A stretch of DNA of 64,000 nt from Pachysolen tannophilus NRRL Y-2460 (GCA_001661245.1 KV454012.1:124001-188000), one strand, 5' to 3'; positions 21,622 through 34,171 are shown, counted from the first letter of the stretch. Translations and numbers: made by a program. Notes: generated from the sequence alone by a model not told the origin.

Positions 21622-24600
21622 ATGATGGTCCAAAAGATTGGGAATATTGGCCATAACAATGGTACTAGTGTTCATAATTCAACTAAGGAAAATCATAAAA
21701 ATCATATAGATTATCCGTCTCCTCATTCTACAATTAACGAGTTGGATTCTAACGGCGGTGGGATGGATCTGCGATCAACCGCCGATGGGGCCGATGGAGA
21801 TGATGAGAATGAAGAAGAAGAAGACGATGAAGATGATGATGATGATGATGACGATGACGATGATGATGAGATCGAATCCAGTCTTTGTAAGAAATGCGAT
21901 TTACCTATAAGTGAAGGACACGCGTATGAATTGGGTGGTACGTGTTGATAATATTATATTATTATTCTTTTTTTTTACATTATAAAATGAATACAAAAGT
22001 TATTCATATATATGTATAATAATAATACTAACTGTATTTTTTTTTTTTTTTCTTTAGACGACCATTGGCATACTTATTGTTTTAAATGTTCAAAATGTGA
22101 TAAATTATTAGGTGTTCAAAGTAATTTTTTAGTATTAGGTACGGGATCTTTGGTTTGTAGTGATTGCTCTTATTCATGTAAAAATTGTGGGAAAAAAATT
22201 GATGATTTGGCTATATTAACAGGAGATCAAGCTTATTGTTCTTCATGCTTTTGTTGTCGTTCATGTAAAAAAAGAATTGAAGATTTAAGATATGCAAGAA
22301 CTTCAAAAGGTTTATTTTGTATGCCATGTCATGAAAGATTATTAGAAAAAAAGAAAAGACATGAATTGAAAAAACAAAAATTAAAAGAATTAAACGAAAG
22401 CAAAGAAAAATTTTTACCTTCTTCAAATACAACAACAACAACAACAACAATTCAAGCATCAACTTCAGCTTCTACATCAGCTTCTGCATCTGCATCAGCT
22501 TCAGCATCCACTTCTGCAGCTGCTTCAAATTTTCATGGAAGTAATAGAAGTTCATTGTTAAATACTGAAAAAATCTTACCAGATATACCTAAAAATATTT
22601 ATAACATCACAAGTGTATCATCAGATGATAGCTTTAGCGCAAGCAGCAAAAGTAATCGTATTCCAACACCTCCTTTAACTCAAGATAATGAAGAAATTAC
22701 AGAAAATCAGCGGCATAATCAACAAAAATTACAAATTCCATTAAATAATAATGATGATGAAGAAATAATATTAGATATACCAATGAGATCTCCAAAGAGA
22801 AATCCTGCAACTTTAAGCCCACTGATAAATATACAAAAATCAACAGAAATGAATTTGGATAATCGCGTTATTACTACTGATAAAAATAATAACCAAAAAA
22901 ATAATTTAAATAAAGGTTTAGGTTTATCTATTCAAGGTGATGGACCTTTAGGTAGACAATCAATAATAACAAGTTCTTCCACACATTTCTATGATGATAA
23001 CGAGAATCTGTTGGATCGTGCTAAAAAAGATGAATCAAAAGATAATGAACATGATGATGATAATAATAATAATAATGATAATAACAATAATAATAATAAT
23101 AATAATGAACAACAACGTAATGATACCACAATACTAAATGCACCAAAAGTTTTAAGAAAATCACAACTTTCAAGACAACAAAATTATCATACGGTCCTGA
23201 AAAATGAAGATCACAGAAAGCTGACAATCGTGGATGATATAGATTCTCCTTCAAGAACCTTGACTGATCAGAGCACATTAACATTAAATTTTGCTCTGTT
23301 ATTGAATGAAGATAAAAAACCAAGATCACCTCCACCTACTGCTCCTACCCCACCAATTCCTACATCTGATACTGCATCTAATTCCACTGCTGGCGTTTCC
23401 TTTAGATCGCCGTTCCCTCCTTCACAACAAGAATTTGCTAACGAAAATAGTGGACGCGATGATAGTTTTTTTCAAGCTCAATTACCAAATAATAATGATA
23501 AAAATAATAATAATAATAATAATAATAACATAGTTGGAATCAAAACTCCAAATCTTTATGCAGACAAACAATATCGTGAAGATAGTTTTAACTATGATGA
23601 CCATAATCAAGATGTTAATACAGGGAATGATCAACAACATCTGTTAACTTCTTCAAATAGCGAAAATGGATTCAAGAACTCACTTACCCCTAATAAACAA
23701 CATAGAATGTTCAAATTTGGAAGTGGCTCAACACTGAATTCTTCCCCAATTTTGAAATCTTCTGCTTCTTCTGTATCAAGGTCGATGTCTATAAAATCTC
23801 CAAAGAGATTTTTCCATCGTCACAAAAGAAGTATCAGTGGCTCATTAGATTTGAATAGTAGCAAGTCACCAAATCTAATGGAAGGAGATAGTATAAATGA
23901 AGTTCCAGATGATAATACAATCACAGATGGTACTCAAAGATTTTCAAATCCCGGATCTCCTCCTTCATCTGTGGCAGTTTTCAGAACCCCTCCATTGCCT
24001 TCAAATACAATCTTCTCGTCTTCTGGCTCGGGTAAGCATGTCAGAAGTATTTCCGAGACCTCAGATTTTGATGGCTTGAATATAAATGCTAGAGCAGAAT
24101 TAGAATTAAGGGTCTTAAAAGTTGAAATTTATCATTTAAGTAATACCAAGAGTCAATTAAATTCTGAAATCACAAATTTGAATACGGTAAAATCAAGGTT
24201 AACCGAAGATGTGAACTCATTGAAACTGCAAATGGAAAATTTACAGAAACAGATTAAATCTGAACAAGAAACATTATCGTCTATACAATCCAGCAACTAT
24301 GGGAAATCTACTCCTTCTTCGTCATCGTCAAATTCAGCAGAACGAATGAGCTCTACTGCTATTTCCTCGCTGCCAAGTTCAGCGGCTACGGGAGTTACCG
24401 TTGACTCACCATCAACAGGTTATATTTCACAAGTAGATGAAATTGTGAATGCCTCTAGACCAAAACAAAAAGCAAGATTTTGGAGAAAGGCTAAAATTGG
24501 AAAGGCTAAACTTGATTCTCCAGTAATAATAAGTTCACCATCAAATTACTCGATCTCTAATCCTAGTGGTTATGGAAATTATAATGCTACTACTACTAAT

Positions 24601-25488
24601 GCTACTACTAATGCTACTACTACTACTACTGCTAATAATAATAATAGTAATAATAATAGTAATGGGGGTAATAGTGGAAATAATGCTAATACTTCAAATG
24701 GAAATGGAACTTACGTCACGAATTTGGAAGATACAGAGATGTTGCTGACACCACCAAATAGTGGCAGCAATAATAAAAATTTATCTTTTATGATCAAGTC
24801 AAGAAGTTCTAATTTATTGGCTCTTAGAAATATGGATCAAGGTGCTAACACTAATAATAACAGAAGCTTAGATCCTAAATCACTTTTTGGAGTTTCACTA
24901 GAAATAAGATCAGAATATGAAAAAAGGGAAATTCCGTTCATAATATCCAGGTGTTTAGAAGAGGTAGAATCAAAAGGTTTGGAGACAGAAGGTATTTATA
25001 GAGTAAGTGGTGGGCTGTTGTTAATTGAGAAATTGGAAAACTCATTCAAGGATATGACACCTGAGATTAGAGAGCAACAATTGATAAATTTACAAAAATT
25101 GATGGATGAAGATATTCATGCAGTCACCAGTGTCTTAAAGCGCTATTTAAGAAAATTGCCAAATCCAATAATAACCTACGAGTTGTATTCGTCTTTCATT
25201 GGGATCAATGCATTAAGTAGTTTGAGTGAAAAGTTGAGCTCACTATCAACTCTTATGAGCAAATTACCAAAGATTCATTTTGACATTTTTCAAATGTTAA
25301 TAAAGCATTTCTTGTTGGTTGTTTCCAACAGCAGTTCCAACAAAATGACCTTTAAGAATATGGCTGTTGTCTTTGGACCAACATTAATTAGAGATATCAA
25401 CCCTGAAAGGGAAATAATTGATATGGGAGCTAGAACGATGACTTTAGAGTTGATCTTAATGCATTACAAAGAAGTTTTTGATGATTAA
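21622..25488 (+). CDS. RGA1: LIM-domain Rho/Cdc42 GTPase-activating protein (Rga1/Rga2); exons 21622-21937 and 22058-25488
   Basis: Donor GTACGT 21938, TACTAAC 22026, TAG 22057. Splicing restores CKKC..AYELGDDHWH..CFKCSKC (LIM); coiled coil; C-terminal RhoGAP EGIYRVSG...NMAVVFGPTL. Confidence 0.9.
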
Positions 25489-25518
25489 GAGTTCTTTTTA
25501 TTTTCCTTTTCTTTCACT

Positions 25519-25559
<41 letters not shown>

Positions 25560-25846
25560 TACTGATCATTTCGCCATCGATTTATTTTATTAAATAGCTT
25601 TCAATTTGTTTTTAATTTTTCTTTTTTTTTTTGCGTTTTTGCTGTGTCATATAGGTAACATAGAAAGGTGTATTTTAACTGTTTGCTTTTTTATTAAAAT
25701 CAGGTGTAATAAATAATGTTTTATCAAATAATAATAAGTCTGTCAGTATATTCTCTTTTTGTTGGAAATTCCTTTACCTTACAAAGTTCAAAAATGTGTT
25801 AAGATAAAACTACTCTGATTTTTTTATTTTCTTCATCTATATATCT

Positions 25847-28417
25847 TTAATCATAAATACCATTTTCAGAATTATCGAAAATTTCGGCATTGAATTTACC
25901 AAACATTTTCAAAAACGATTTCAACCTATTGGTTTTCGAGAATAAATCATAAATTTTGAAATCATCGCTACTCATTATTTCAACCAATTCAATAACGTTT
26001 ATCTTAATCAATTCAAGATTTTGTTCTTGTGAATTTTTCTCACCAGAACTAACAATATCAAAGTACTTTGTAATAAAATAAGGAATGTATAAAAGTCTTA
26101 AACGATTTAATACCTGCAAATCTGCTTGGGGAATTGATGATGATGAAGACAACTCAAACAACCAAGATTTAATGAAATCTTTGAAAGAAACAGATAAATT
26201 GTTTAATGATTTAATCGAATCCATTGTAGAAAAGTTTTTTTGGTCAGTTGATGTGTATGATCTTAAAAGTTTAAAATTTTTTATCAAAATTTCGTATTGA
26301 AAAAGTTCTTGTATATTTTCAGCCGAAATTAAGTCTTTGTCCATGTCATAAACACCTTTTTTATTCTGATAATCTAATAATAAATCTTCGTCGAACTTGT
26401 ATTTATTAACTAGTTTAACTAAGTGAATTCTTCCCCAAAATTTCATTAAAGAAAAAATCTTCCCTTTAAGCAACAATTTTCTAGCTAGTACTAAAATTGA
26501 TGATAAACATTCTTTATGCATATTGGCCTCAAGAAGCCAGTGGAGAGAATCAAAAATATTTTGATCTATTTCTGTATAGGAATTTTCATCGTCACTAATC
26601 AAAATATTTTCATTAGTTGTACAATCGTAATATTCTTTATTATCTTCAAATGCTTTTTGGACAGTTCTCTTTAAAATATCTTCTAAGGGTAACTTTAATA
26701 ATCTCATTGCCTCGAGTTGTTTCAACCTGTCTTGCCTCTCAAAAGTCAACTGACATAATATGAAAGCATAATTTTCAACTATTTGTTTCTCATATGGAAT
26801 AAACGATAAATAAATAGGTATCAAAGTGTATTGATTGAGCAAAGATAACCTATTAACATAATATTTAATTAATTTGATCAAGTTTTCGTTATCAACAATA
26901 CTGTCGTCCAATATTTTCATGAATATAGTGAAATGTACTAGTATTCTCAATAAATATGATTCTATTATCAAATTTTCCGAGTCCACTTCTGTTACTGTAG
27001 CATCATTTCTATAATTGTTATTTAAAGTGAATAAATCATCAAATAAACGAACTGAATTTTCAAGTAATGATTCAATTTTATTTTTCAAAATTGAACCTAT
27101 TAGCATTCTAATTGAATTTTTTGACTGCAGTACAATCTTATTATTTGAATTCTTTGATAAATTATCTAAAATATCACTAATTGATTCGAATGAAATTTCA
27201 GGTATTGGCATATTCAAAATATCTTCATCTACTTCATCACCTAAAACGTATATTACTTTTTTCTCCAACCTATCTAGATATAGAGCTTGTAAACATATCA
27301 ACAATTTTCTTTCCCATGATATGTCCAAATCATTGGAAGCCTCATAATTACCAGATAAAAACCCATAAATTCCTCTTTCATATTTATCTAAATTTTTATT
27401 TTGAGATAAACTGAAAACAGTTCTTCTCCAAAGTAATGAATTTTTTATACCAAAAGGTGTAGATGGATGTAAATTTTCTGAACTATTATCAATTCCTCCT
27501 TCTAGTACAAAATCGATATCAATTTCTGGGTCTACATAATCTTGTATCCCTGATAGTATTAATAAGAGAGTCCAATTGTTGGTATGTTTACAAAGCTTAA
27601 TAATTTTTTCGATTTTATTTTCCAATAATAATTTGAAAACTAATTTATGAAATTTATAATCATCAATCAGATCTTTTTGATTAATTTTTTTAAGTCTTTT
27701 CGAATTTCTTAAATTATTTCTTAAAGGGGCATCTATATCTAAGTTTGAAACCAAATCTGGTTTATTTGTACTCGATTGCAAGTCAACTCTTGTGTGTAAC
27801 CATTTTGAGCTCAGTAAACCATATTTGGTAACTCTTACTGCTCCATCACCATTAGAGATGGGGTCATCAGTAGAGCTAGTTATTTTTTCAAGTTCAATTT
27901 CCATTTCAATTTCATCTTCAACATCTTCGTCATCTTCGTCTAAACCAAAATTATCCACTAACCAGTTCTTAATTATAGTTATTTCTTGCAAAAGATTGTC
28001 TTTTACAACAATATGCTCTTTCAAAACAAATTCTGAATGACAACTTCTAGTTGACTTAACCTTATCAAGATACTTTAAATTTGAATCTTCATCAATGTCA
28101 GAATAATCTTGAGAATATCTAAATCCAACAAGCGCTTCAACCAAACTCCAAAATTTGACCTCTAAACAACCGCTTTCAGATTTTATCTTATCGGGCCTAC
28201 TCAATTTTTTCAAATTATCCAGATCCTCCAAATCCTCCCTACTTACAATATCTTTTGCTGATATAATTTTAAAAGAGGAAATCATTTCAAATGGGTCCAT
28301 CAGTTCAGGATCTAACTTAAATTTTTTCAAACATTTCGCAAATTCATCAAGAACAACCAAATTCTCAACATTATCCCTTCTAATTTTCTTCAATTCAGAA
28401 ACATCAACCGTCGACAT
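25847..28417 (-). CDS. NUP84: Nucleoporin Nup84 (Nup107)
   Basis: KWLHTR, LDIDAPLR, LWRRTVFSL, YERGIYGFLSG, LRLLYIPY; about 856 aa. Confidence 0.85.
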   Translation of the reverse strand: MSTVDVSELKKIRRDNVENLVVLDEFAKCLKKFKLDPELMDPFEMISSFKIISAKDIVSREDLEDLDNLKKLSRPDKIKSESGCLEVKFWSLVEALVGFRYSQDYSDIDEDSNLKYLDKVKSTRSCHSEFVLKEHIVVKDNLLQEITIIKNWLVDNFGLDEDDEDVEDEIEMEIELEKITSSTDDPISNGDGAVRVTKYGLLSSKWLHTRVDLQSSTNKPDLVSNLDIDAPLRNNLRNSKRLKKINQKDLIDDYKFHKLVFKLLLENKIEKIIKLCKHTNNWTLLLILSGIQDYVDPEIDIDFVLEGGIDNSSENLHPSTPFGIKNSLLWRRTVFSLSQNKNLDKYERGIYGFLSGNYEASNDLDISWERKLLICLQALYLDRLEKKVIYVLGDEVDEDILNMPIPEISFESISDILDNLSKNSNNKIVLQSKNSIRMLIGSILKNKIESLLENSVRLFDDLFTLNNNYRNDATVTEVDSENLIIESYLLRILVHFTIFMKILDDSIVDNENLIKLIKYYVNRLSLLNQYTLIPIYLSFIPYEKQIVENYAFILCQLTFERQDRLKQLEAMRLLKLPLEDILKRTVQKAFEDNKEYYDCTTNENILISDDENSYTEIDQNIFDSLHWLLEANMHKECLSSILVLARKLLLKGKIFSLMKFWGRIHLVKLVNKYKFDEDLLLDYQNKKGVYDMDKDLISAENIQELFQYEILIKNFKLLRSYTSTDQKNFSTMDSIKSLNNLSVSFKDFIKSWLFELSSSSSIPQADLQVLNRLRLLYIPYFITKYFDIVSSGEKNSQEQNLELIKINVIELVEIMSSDDFKIYDLFSKTNRLKSFLKMFGKFNAEIFDNSENGIYD

Positions 28418-28823
28418 CTTCAACCCTTTATACAGCACAACTCAAACTGAATTGCACAAAGATATCACCAACTAATATTAATATTAATATTAATATTAAT
28501 ATTATTATTGTATCAAGATTTTAAAACTTGTTTTGTTTCTTTGAAAAGTAAACAATTTTTTCTCTTTTTAACCTTCAATTGTTTTGAGCTGTTACACACT
28601 ACCAAAATTTTCTCTCCATTTTTTGAAGAATTTTTAGATGGATGAAATGGATGAAAAGCTACAACGATTAGAGGTTAGATGAGGACTGATTTTTATTTGA
28701 TTTTCCTATAAATAGTCGAATTAAGAGATGAGGGAGTTGAAGCTTTTTTTTAATGGAGAAAAAAAGAAAGAAATTGGGAGTTATTTTTTGATTGAAATTA
28801 ATTAAGTTTTAAAGGTATTCATT

Positions 28824-29677
28824 TCAAAACCAAGTTTTCAATAATTCTGTGGACTTCAATTCCCACTCGTACAATATGCGTTGGAACTTGTTCATTGATG
28901 CAGGTGACTGTTCAGTATCAGTGGTGTTGTTGTTGTTGTTGTTGTTGAATCTTGCAGCTTTTATCAAGTTTTTCGAAAAAGAGAGCATCACTATATTGAA
29001 ATAAAATCTCAGAACTGAGACACATAGTATAGTAACAAAAGTTAAAAATAGTTCATAAGTAGTTGATGCCGATTCTGAAGAGTTTGTAGAAGTGGTAACC
29101 AGTCTTTTCATATTTGGAATTTGTGCACCATTATCAAACGTATTTTGAATCACTGAAGCACTTGCAGCATCTGCTTCTTCTGCTTTCCCACTAAAATAAA
29201 ACCACGAAAAATAACCACTAAATAAAACTGATAAAACCGTATCAATCGTATAAAGTACCGTCACCAACGACATTCTATGTACATTTACCATTTTGAATCC
29301 ATTGGCATTAGATCTTGGTTCATGTAAAGCTTTAAGACCATAAACGTAAAATGGTAAAATAAATATCGACTGCATATAATAGATCCATTGCATAAAATCA
29401 ATCGGATGCCCAGTGAAAAGCGATAACAACCCATAAAACCCACTAACCTTGTTCAATATGGCAAACCCTAGTATCAATTCAATTCCGATATATAATGGTA
29501 AAAACCCAATAAATTTCTAAACATTTAATAATTTATTTGTTTAGTTAGTCTTTTAAATCTTGATAAAATAAAATACCCACACAATAACAATAACAACAAC
29601 AAAAGAAAAAAAGAAAAAAAAATTTTTTTTTCTTTATATATACTCACTCTTGGTAACACATTACTTAACAACCTCAT
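28824..29677 (-). CDS. KEI1: IPC synthase regulatory subunit Kei1; exons 29677-29648 and 29516-28824
   Basis: MRLLSNVLPR|GTGAGT (29647), GACTAAC (29550-29544), TAG (29517), then KFIGFLPLYIGIELILGFAILNKVSGFYGLLSLFTGHPIDFMQW. Confidence 0.9.
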
Positions 29678-29910
29678 AACGTCTTCTATATCAACTGGTC
29701 CAATACACCAATCAATTAAATAAAACTATTATATAATACAATCTATATCGTTCTATAACTTTTACAACAAATATTTTTGTTCTTAAAAAGAAAATGAAAA
29801 TCGTAAATAAAAAAGAAAAAAAAAAACTCTTTCCAAAAAGAGAAAAATGTTTCCTTATTTGGAATGCTCCTAAAAGCACTAAAAAAGCAGTAAAAAACGC
29901 TGAAAAATTC

Positions 29911-31631
29911 CTAATCTGGAAATCGGTCTAGTTCATCTAAAGAGTTTGGTAAGATTCTATTTGAAGGTGAATTGTTCAGTTTCCTTGATTTCATGACTTT
30001 GTCAGCATTATTGGAGCCAAATTTTCTGATAAGCTTCTTGTAGAAGAGCCCGCATGCGTTGCAGATTGAGCCTTCTCCGTAGGGACCTTTCCTCCATTCT
30101 GGTGTTTCTCTGGCGCTGCATTGCTTGCATACAGATTCTTTTGCTAATTTTCTTGAGATTCTTTTTTTCCTTTCTTTAAAGACTTTTTGCTTTTTTTCAA
30201 TTACAGGTATATTATTGTTGTTGGGTTTTTCGTTGTTCAGTTTTGATTTTCCCAGAAGTTTAGAAAAATTTGAACGAGCCACAAGAGACATTGTAGGTTT
30301 TTTTTGGCTTTTTTTACTAGAAACTTGACCAATAAGTTTTTTTTTTGCGTTTCTTCTTCTTCTTCTTTTTTTCCAGTATTCTGTCCATCATTGGAACTTA
30401 CAAATCCGTCATCAGATGCAGAAGTGGAAGCATGATAAATAATTTCTCGTTCATTGTCAGTACTGGAAATATCAACAGTTCCATCAGAATCATCAAAGAC
30501 ATCATTTGTCTCAAGTTCTTGAACTTCATCTGTAAATGCTTGTGGAAACCAACTTTCAAGGGAAACTTGAATTTCTTGCAAGCTATTGATTGTCAATTGA
30601 ATTTTATCTTTTTCGGAATTTTTTAAAAAAAATTTTGTTGAATCTTGTGATTGAATATCTAATGGCAAAACCCCAGTAATATTTTTCAATTTTTGTAATA
30701 ATTGATCTTTTTCCAAATTTAAAAACATACTATTTCTACCATTATCTTTTTCAAATTCTTTTAAAAATTCATTATCAATGAAATTTTGAATTTTTCCAGT
30801 AATATGTTTTAACCGTTCAACTTCAATAAGAAAATTTTGTTGAATCATCGATAACTCATCGTTACTTCCAAGTTTTTCAAAAAATTTCTCATCATTTCCA
30901 ACAAGTGAAACATAAGAAGCAAAATGATTTAATGGATTAACTGTTGGTGTCGGGGTTTTAACTAATTGAAAATTACCATTGCCAAATGTGCTTGGTTTTA
31001 ATTTTGGTCTAAGTTTTTCATTAATAATACCACCACCTTTATCCTGATCATTTCCAATTTCTTTGAAAACAGGAATACCAAATTGTTTTCCCTCTTTATT
31101 AAGAAAATCTTGGAAAGATGGATGAAATTTATAACCATTACTATTCTGACAAATGGTTGCATCTGAACTAAAAGAATCTCTATTTTGTGATTCAAAATCT
31201 TTATTTTGAAAAAATTGGAAACTAGTTGATTGTGATGGTACTTCACGTTCAAATGAAGTTTCAAAAGTAATTTTAGGTAAGAAAACTTTTTTTTCAAAAG
31301 GCTTCCCATTATGATATTTAGAAAAATCATAACCACTGCTGCATAAATCAATAGTTTTAACATTTTCCAAATGAACTTTATTAACTTCTTCATATTGTAA
31401 CTTAGGAAGTAAAGTCAGATCTTTTCTAGAAATAGAAAATTTTTTAATTGCATCTTTTGGATCAATTTTCAGTGGTTCAAACACATTACCATCTTTGCAA
31501 GGAGAAGTACCAATTATAGGAATATGAAATGTAGGCATGGTTCTTGGACTTTGATGGCTTCCAGGTATAGCATTTTCTTGGAAAACCTGATAATGATTTT
31601 CTGATTGTGTTTCCACAGTTGTTTTCAACAT
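29911..31631 (-). CDS. GATA zinc-finger transcription factor (C-x2-C-x18-C-x2-C, Gat2/Brg1-like), split across two frames
   Basis: CKQCSARETPEWRKGPYGEGSICNACGL lies in ORF 29911-30291. That frame stays open upstream to about 30388 and overlaps the end of ORF 30237-31631 in the -1 frame across A-runs. Confidence 0.7.
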
Positions 31632-32383
31632 TTTAATTGCTGATTAACAAAATTTTCTTCAAAATTAATAAAAAAAAAAAAAAAAAAAACCTACATTCAT
31701 TTGCTTATTCTTTATATAACTTTTATCACAGACTATAAAAACATATCAATAGATTAAGAAAAAATTGTTTATTCTGTATATTATGTAGATCGAATCTAGA
31801 TTTGCAGAGTATATATGATATCTATGATAGAAAGGGGAATTTTTACGTTTAGATTAAGGAAGTTCCAAGAAATATTAGCTTAACACTAAACTCAAAAAAA
31901 CCGGATCGCATTCGTCTCCCCCTTTCCCCCCAATTCTCTTCTCCAGTCTCCAGCATTAACAAAGATAACAAGAAAAGATCAAATATCATTCAATTTTAAA
32001 ATCTTCATCTCTACCTTGAACTCACCACTAAACTCAATTAACAGAAATAATCTGTTGAGATTAACCCCCTTTATGTAGCTTTGGGGGTAATCGCGAATTG
32101 GTCTTTATTTTATTGGCGAAAGGGGGAACTGAAGGGCTGTTTGACGCAGTCTGGCGGGGGCGGCCACCGGGTCCGCCCCAGTTCAAACAAGTTTTTTTTA
32201 AAAAAAAAAAAAAAACAAACGGGTCCGCCCGCCCGCCTAAATACAAGGCCCAAGACCGCCCCAAGACTGCCCTAGCTCACCCAAAGCTAGCTCAATGCTC
32301 GCCCAAACCCGCCTAAATTTAAACCAAAGAAAAAAAAACCTGGTATCTTGGAATTCAAAATATGAATTTGATCATATAATCGA

Positions 32384-32813
32384 NNNNNNNNNNNNNNNNN
32401 NNNNNNNNNNNNNNNNNNNNNNNNNNNNNNNNNNNNNNNNNNNNNNNNNNNNNNNNNNNNNNNNNNNNNNNNNNNNNNNNNNNNNNNNNNNNNNNNNNNN
32501 NNNNNNNNNNNNNNNNNNNNNNNNNNNNNNNNNNNNNNNNNNNNNNNNNNNNNNNNNNNNNNNNNNNNNNNNNNNNNNNNNNNNNNNNNNNNNNNNNNNN
32601 NNNNNNNNNNNNNNNNNNNNNNNNNNNNNNNNNNNNNNNNNNNNNNNNNNNNNNNNNNNNNNNNNNNNNNNNNNNNNNNNNNNNNNNNNNNNNNNNNNNN
32701 NNNNNNNNNNNNNNNNNNNNNNNNNNNNNNNNNNNNNNNNNNNNNNNNNNNNNNNNNNNNNNNNNNNNNNNNNNNNNNNNNNNNNNNNNNNNNNNNNNNN
32801 NNNNNNNNNNNNN
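32384..32813. other. Assembly gap (430 N) with the same ~184 bp on both sides
   Basis: 32200-32383 is repeated at 32814-32997. Confidence 0.95.
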
Positions 32814-33014
32814 AAAAAAAAAAAAAAAACAAACGGGTCCGCCCGCCCGCCTAAATACAAGGCCCAAGACCGCCCCAAGACTGCCCTAGCTCACCCAAAG
32901 CTAGCTCAATGCTCGCCCAAACCCGCCTAAATTTAAACCAAAGAAAAAAAAACCTGGTATCTTGGAATTCAAAATATGAATTTGATCATATAATCGATCA
33001 AAGCTAAATGAGCA

Positions 33015-33392
33015 ATGAACAGTACCAGTGATAGCAGTAGTCGTAACAATGGTAGTGGCGGCAGTATCCAGAGACTAGACTCTGGTTTTTTCCAAGAACG
33101 GCTGCCACTGTCACTGTCACTGTCACTGCAACCGCAGCAGCACCAGCTGCTGCTGTATAATAGCAACGATGGTGATGATAACAATAATGGTGGCGATAGA
33201 AATAATATAACGGGCGACTACTATAGAGAAACAACACCGTTAAATTACAATTATCTGGAAACTTTACATCAACAGTTGATATTGAACACTTTGGAAAACC
33301 AGGATCATGTGCTATTACATAGTATTTTGAGTAATATATCCACCAATGAATATAAACATCAGTTGAAGTTGAAGTTATGCGGTAAGGAATAA
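33015..33392 (+). CDS. Hypothetical small protein; 3' structure uncertain (possible intron 33382-33439)
   Basis: 125-codon ORF with trinucleotide-type low complexity. GTAAGG...pyrimidine tract...TAG at its end, but no clear branch point. Confidence 0.45.
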   Translation: MNSTSDSSSRNNGSGGSIQRLDSGFFQERLPLSLSLSLQPQQHQLLLYNSNDGDDNNNGGDRNNITGDYYRETTPLNYNYLETLHQQLILNTLENQDHVLLHSILSNISTNEYKHQLKLKLCGKE

Positions 33393-33718
33393 AAACTTAC
33401 ACAGTTACATTCTTTTTTTCTTTCTTTCTTTTTTTATAGGTTTAATATAAGGGCTTTAGATCATCTCAATAGATCCTCTAATACACTCAGAAAAAAAAGA
33501 GTTCCCATAGCCATGATACTACTCTTCTTCTTCTTCTTCTTCTACTGATAATTTTATAATAAGCAATAAAACAGTCGTGCACGAGCTAACCAAATGGTAC
33601 AAGGCCAATTTGTATACCGTGATATAGTAATAATGATAATAATGATAATAGTGATAATAATAATATTTTATTATTTTAGTATTGGAAATTGTATTCATCA
33701 ATCATCGATTGAAGGAGG

Positions 33719-34171
33719 ATGTTAGGAATCATTCAAAAGCAAGTTTTTAGAGTTGGTCTTGGTACTCGAAGATATGCCACCAAGACTTTAACAAATGTTA
33801 AAGTACAAAAACAAGATGTTGGTATTCCAGATTCTAATAATTTATTGCAACAAGCTCCTAATAGAATAATTCCTTGGTCAAGGTCACAAACACCAAGATC
33901 AGAAGCTATGGTTGGCCCAAGGTTTGAAGGGAGAGATTTGGAAAAACAGCCAAGACCTTACTCGGCGATGGAATTGATTGCAAAAGAACCCGTTCGTTAT
34001 ATTGAGGATGATAATATTGCTGTTTGTGATGGTAATACCAATGCTCAAGGTCATCCAAAGATCTTTATCAATTTAGATCCTCCTTCGCTGCATTCCTGTG
34101 GATACTGTGGCTTACGTTTTGCCAAATTGGAGTATAAGGATCTAATTGAAGGGAAAGAAGAAGAAGTATAG
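33719..34171 (+). CDS. Complex I 13-kDa zinc-binding accessory subunit (NDUFS6/NUMM)
   Basis: Mitochondrial presequence; QAPNR..WSRSQ.PR, CDG...GHPKIFINLD...CGYCGLRF (zf-CHCC). Confidence 0.92.
   Translation: MLGIIQKQVFRVGLGTRRYATKTLTNVKVQKQDVGIPDSNNLLQQAPNRIIPWSRSQTPRSEAMVGPRFEGRDLEKQPRPYSAMELIAKEPVRYIEDDNIAVCDGNTNAQGHPKIFINLDPPSLHSCGYCGLRFAKLEYKDLIEGKEEEV

Noticed and set aside
28473..28504. (TAATAT)n self-complementary repeat upstream of NUP84
   Set aside because: Simple AT microsatellite, common here; nothing points to a function.
32061..32930. Short and X-containing ORFs around the gap
   Set aside because: By-products of local high GC and N runs; no protein-like features.
32200..32997. 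~184-bp direct repeat either side of the N gap as an LTR or true tandem repeat
   Set aside because: The copies are identical, abut the gap and begin at a poly-A run, which is typical of unmerged contig overlap. No TG...CA ends or target-site duplication.
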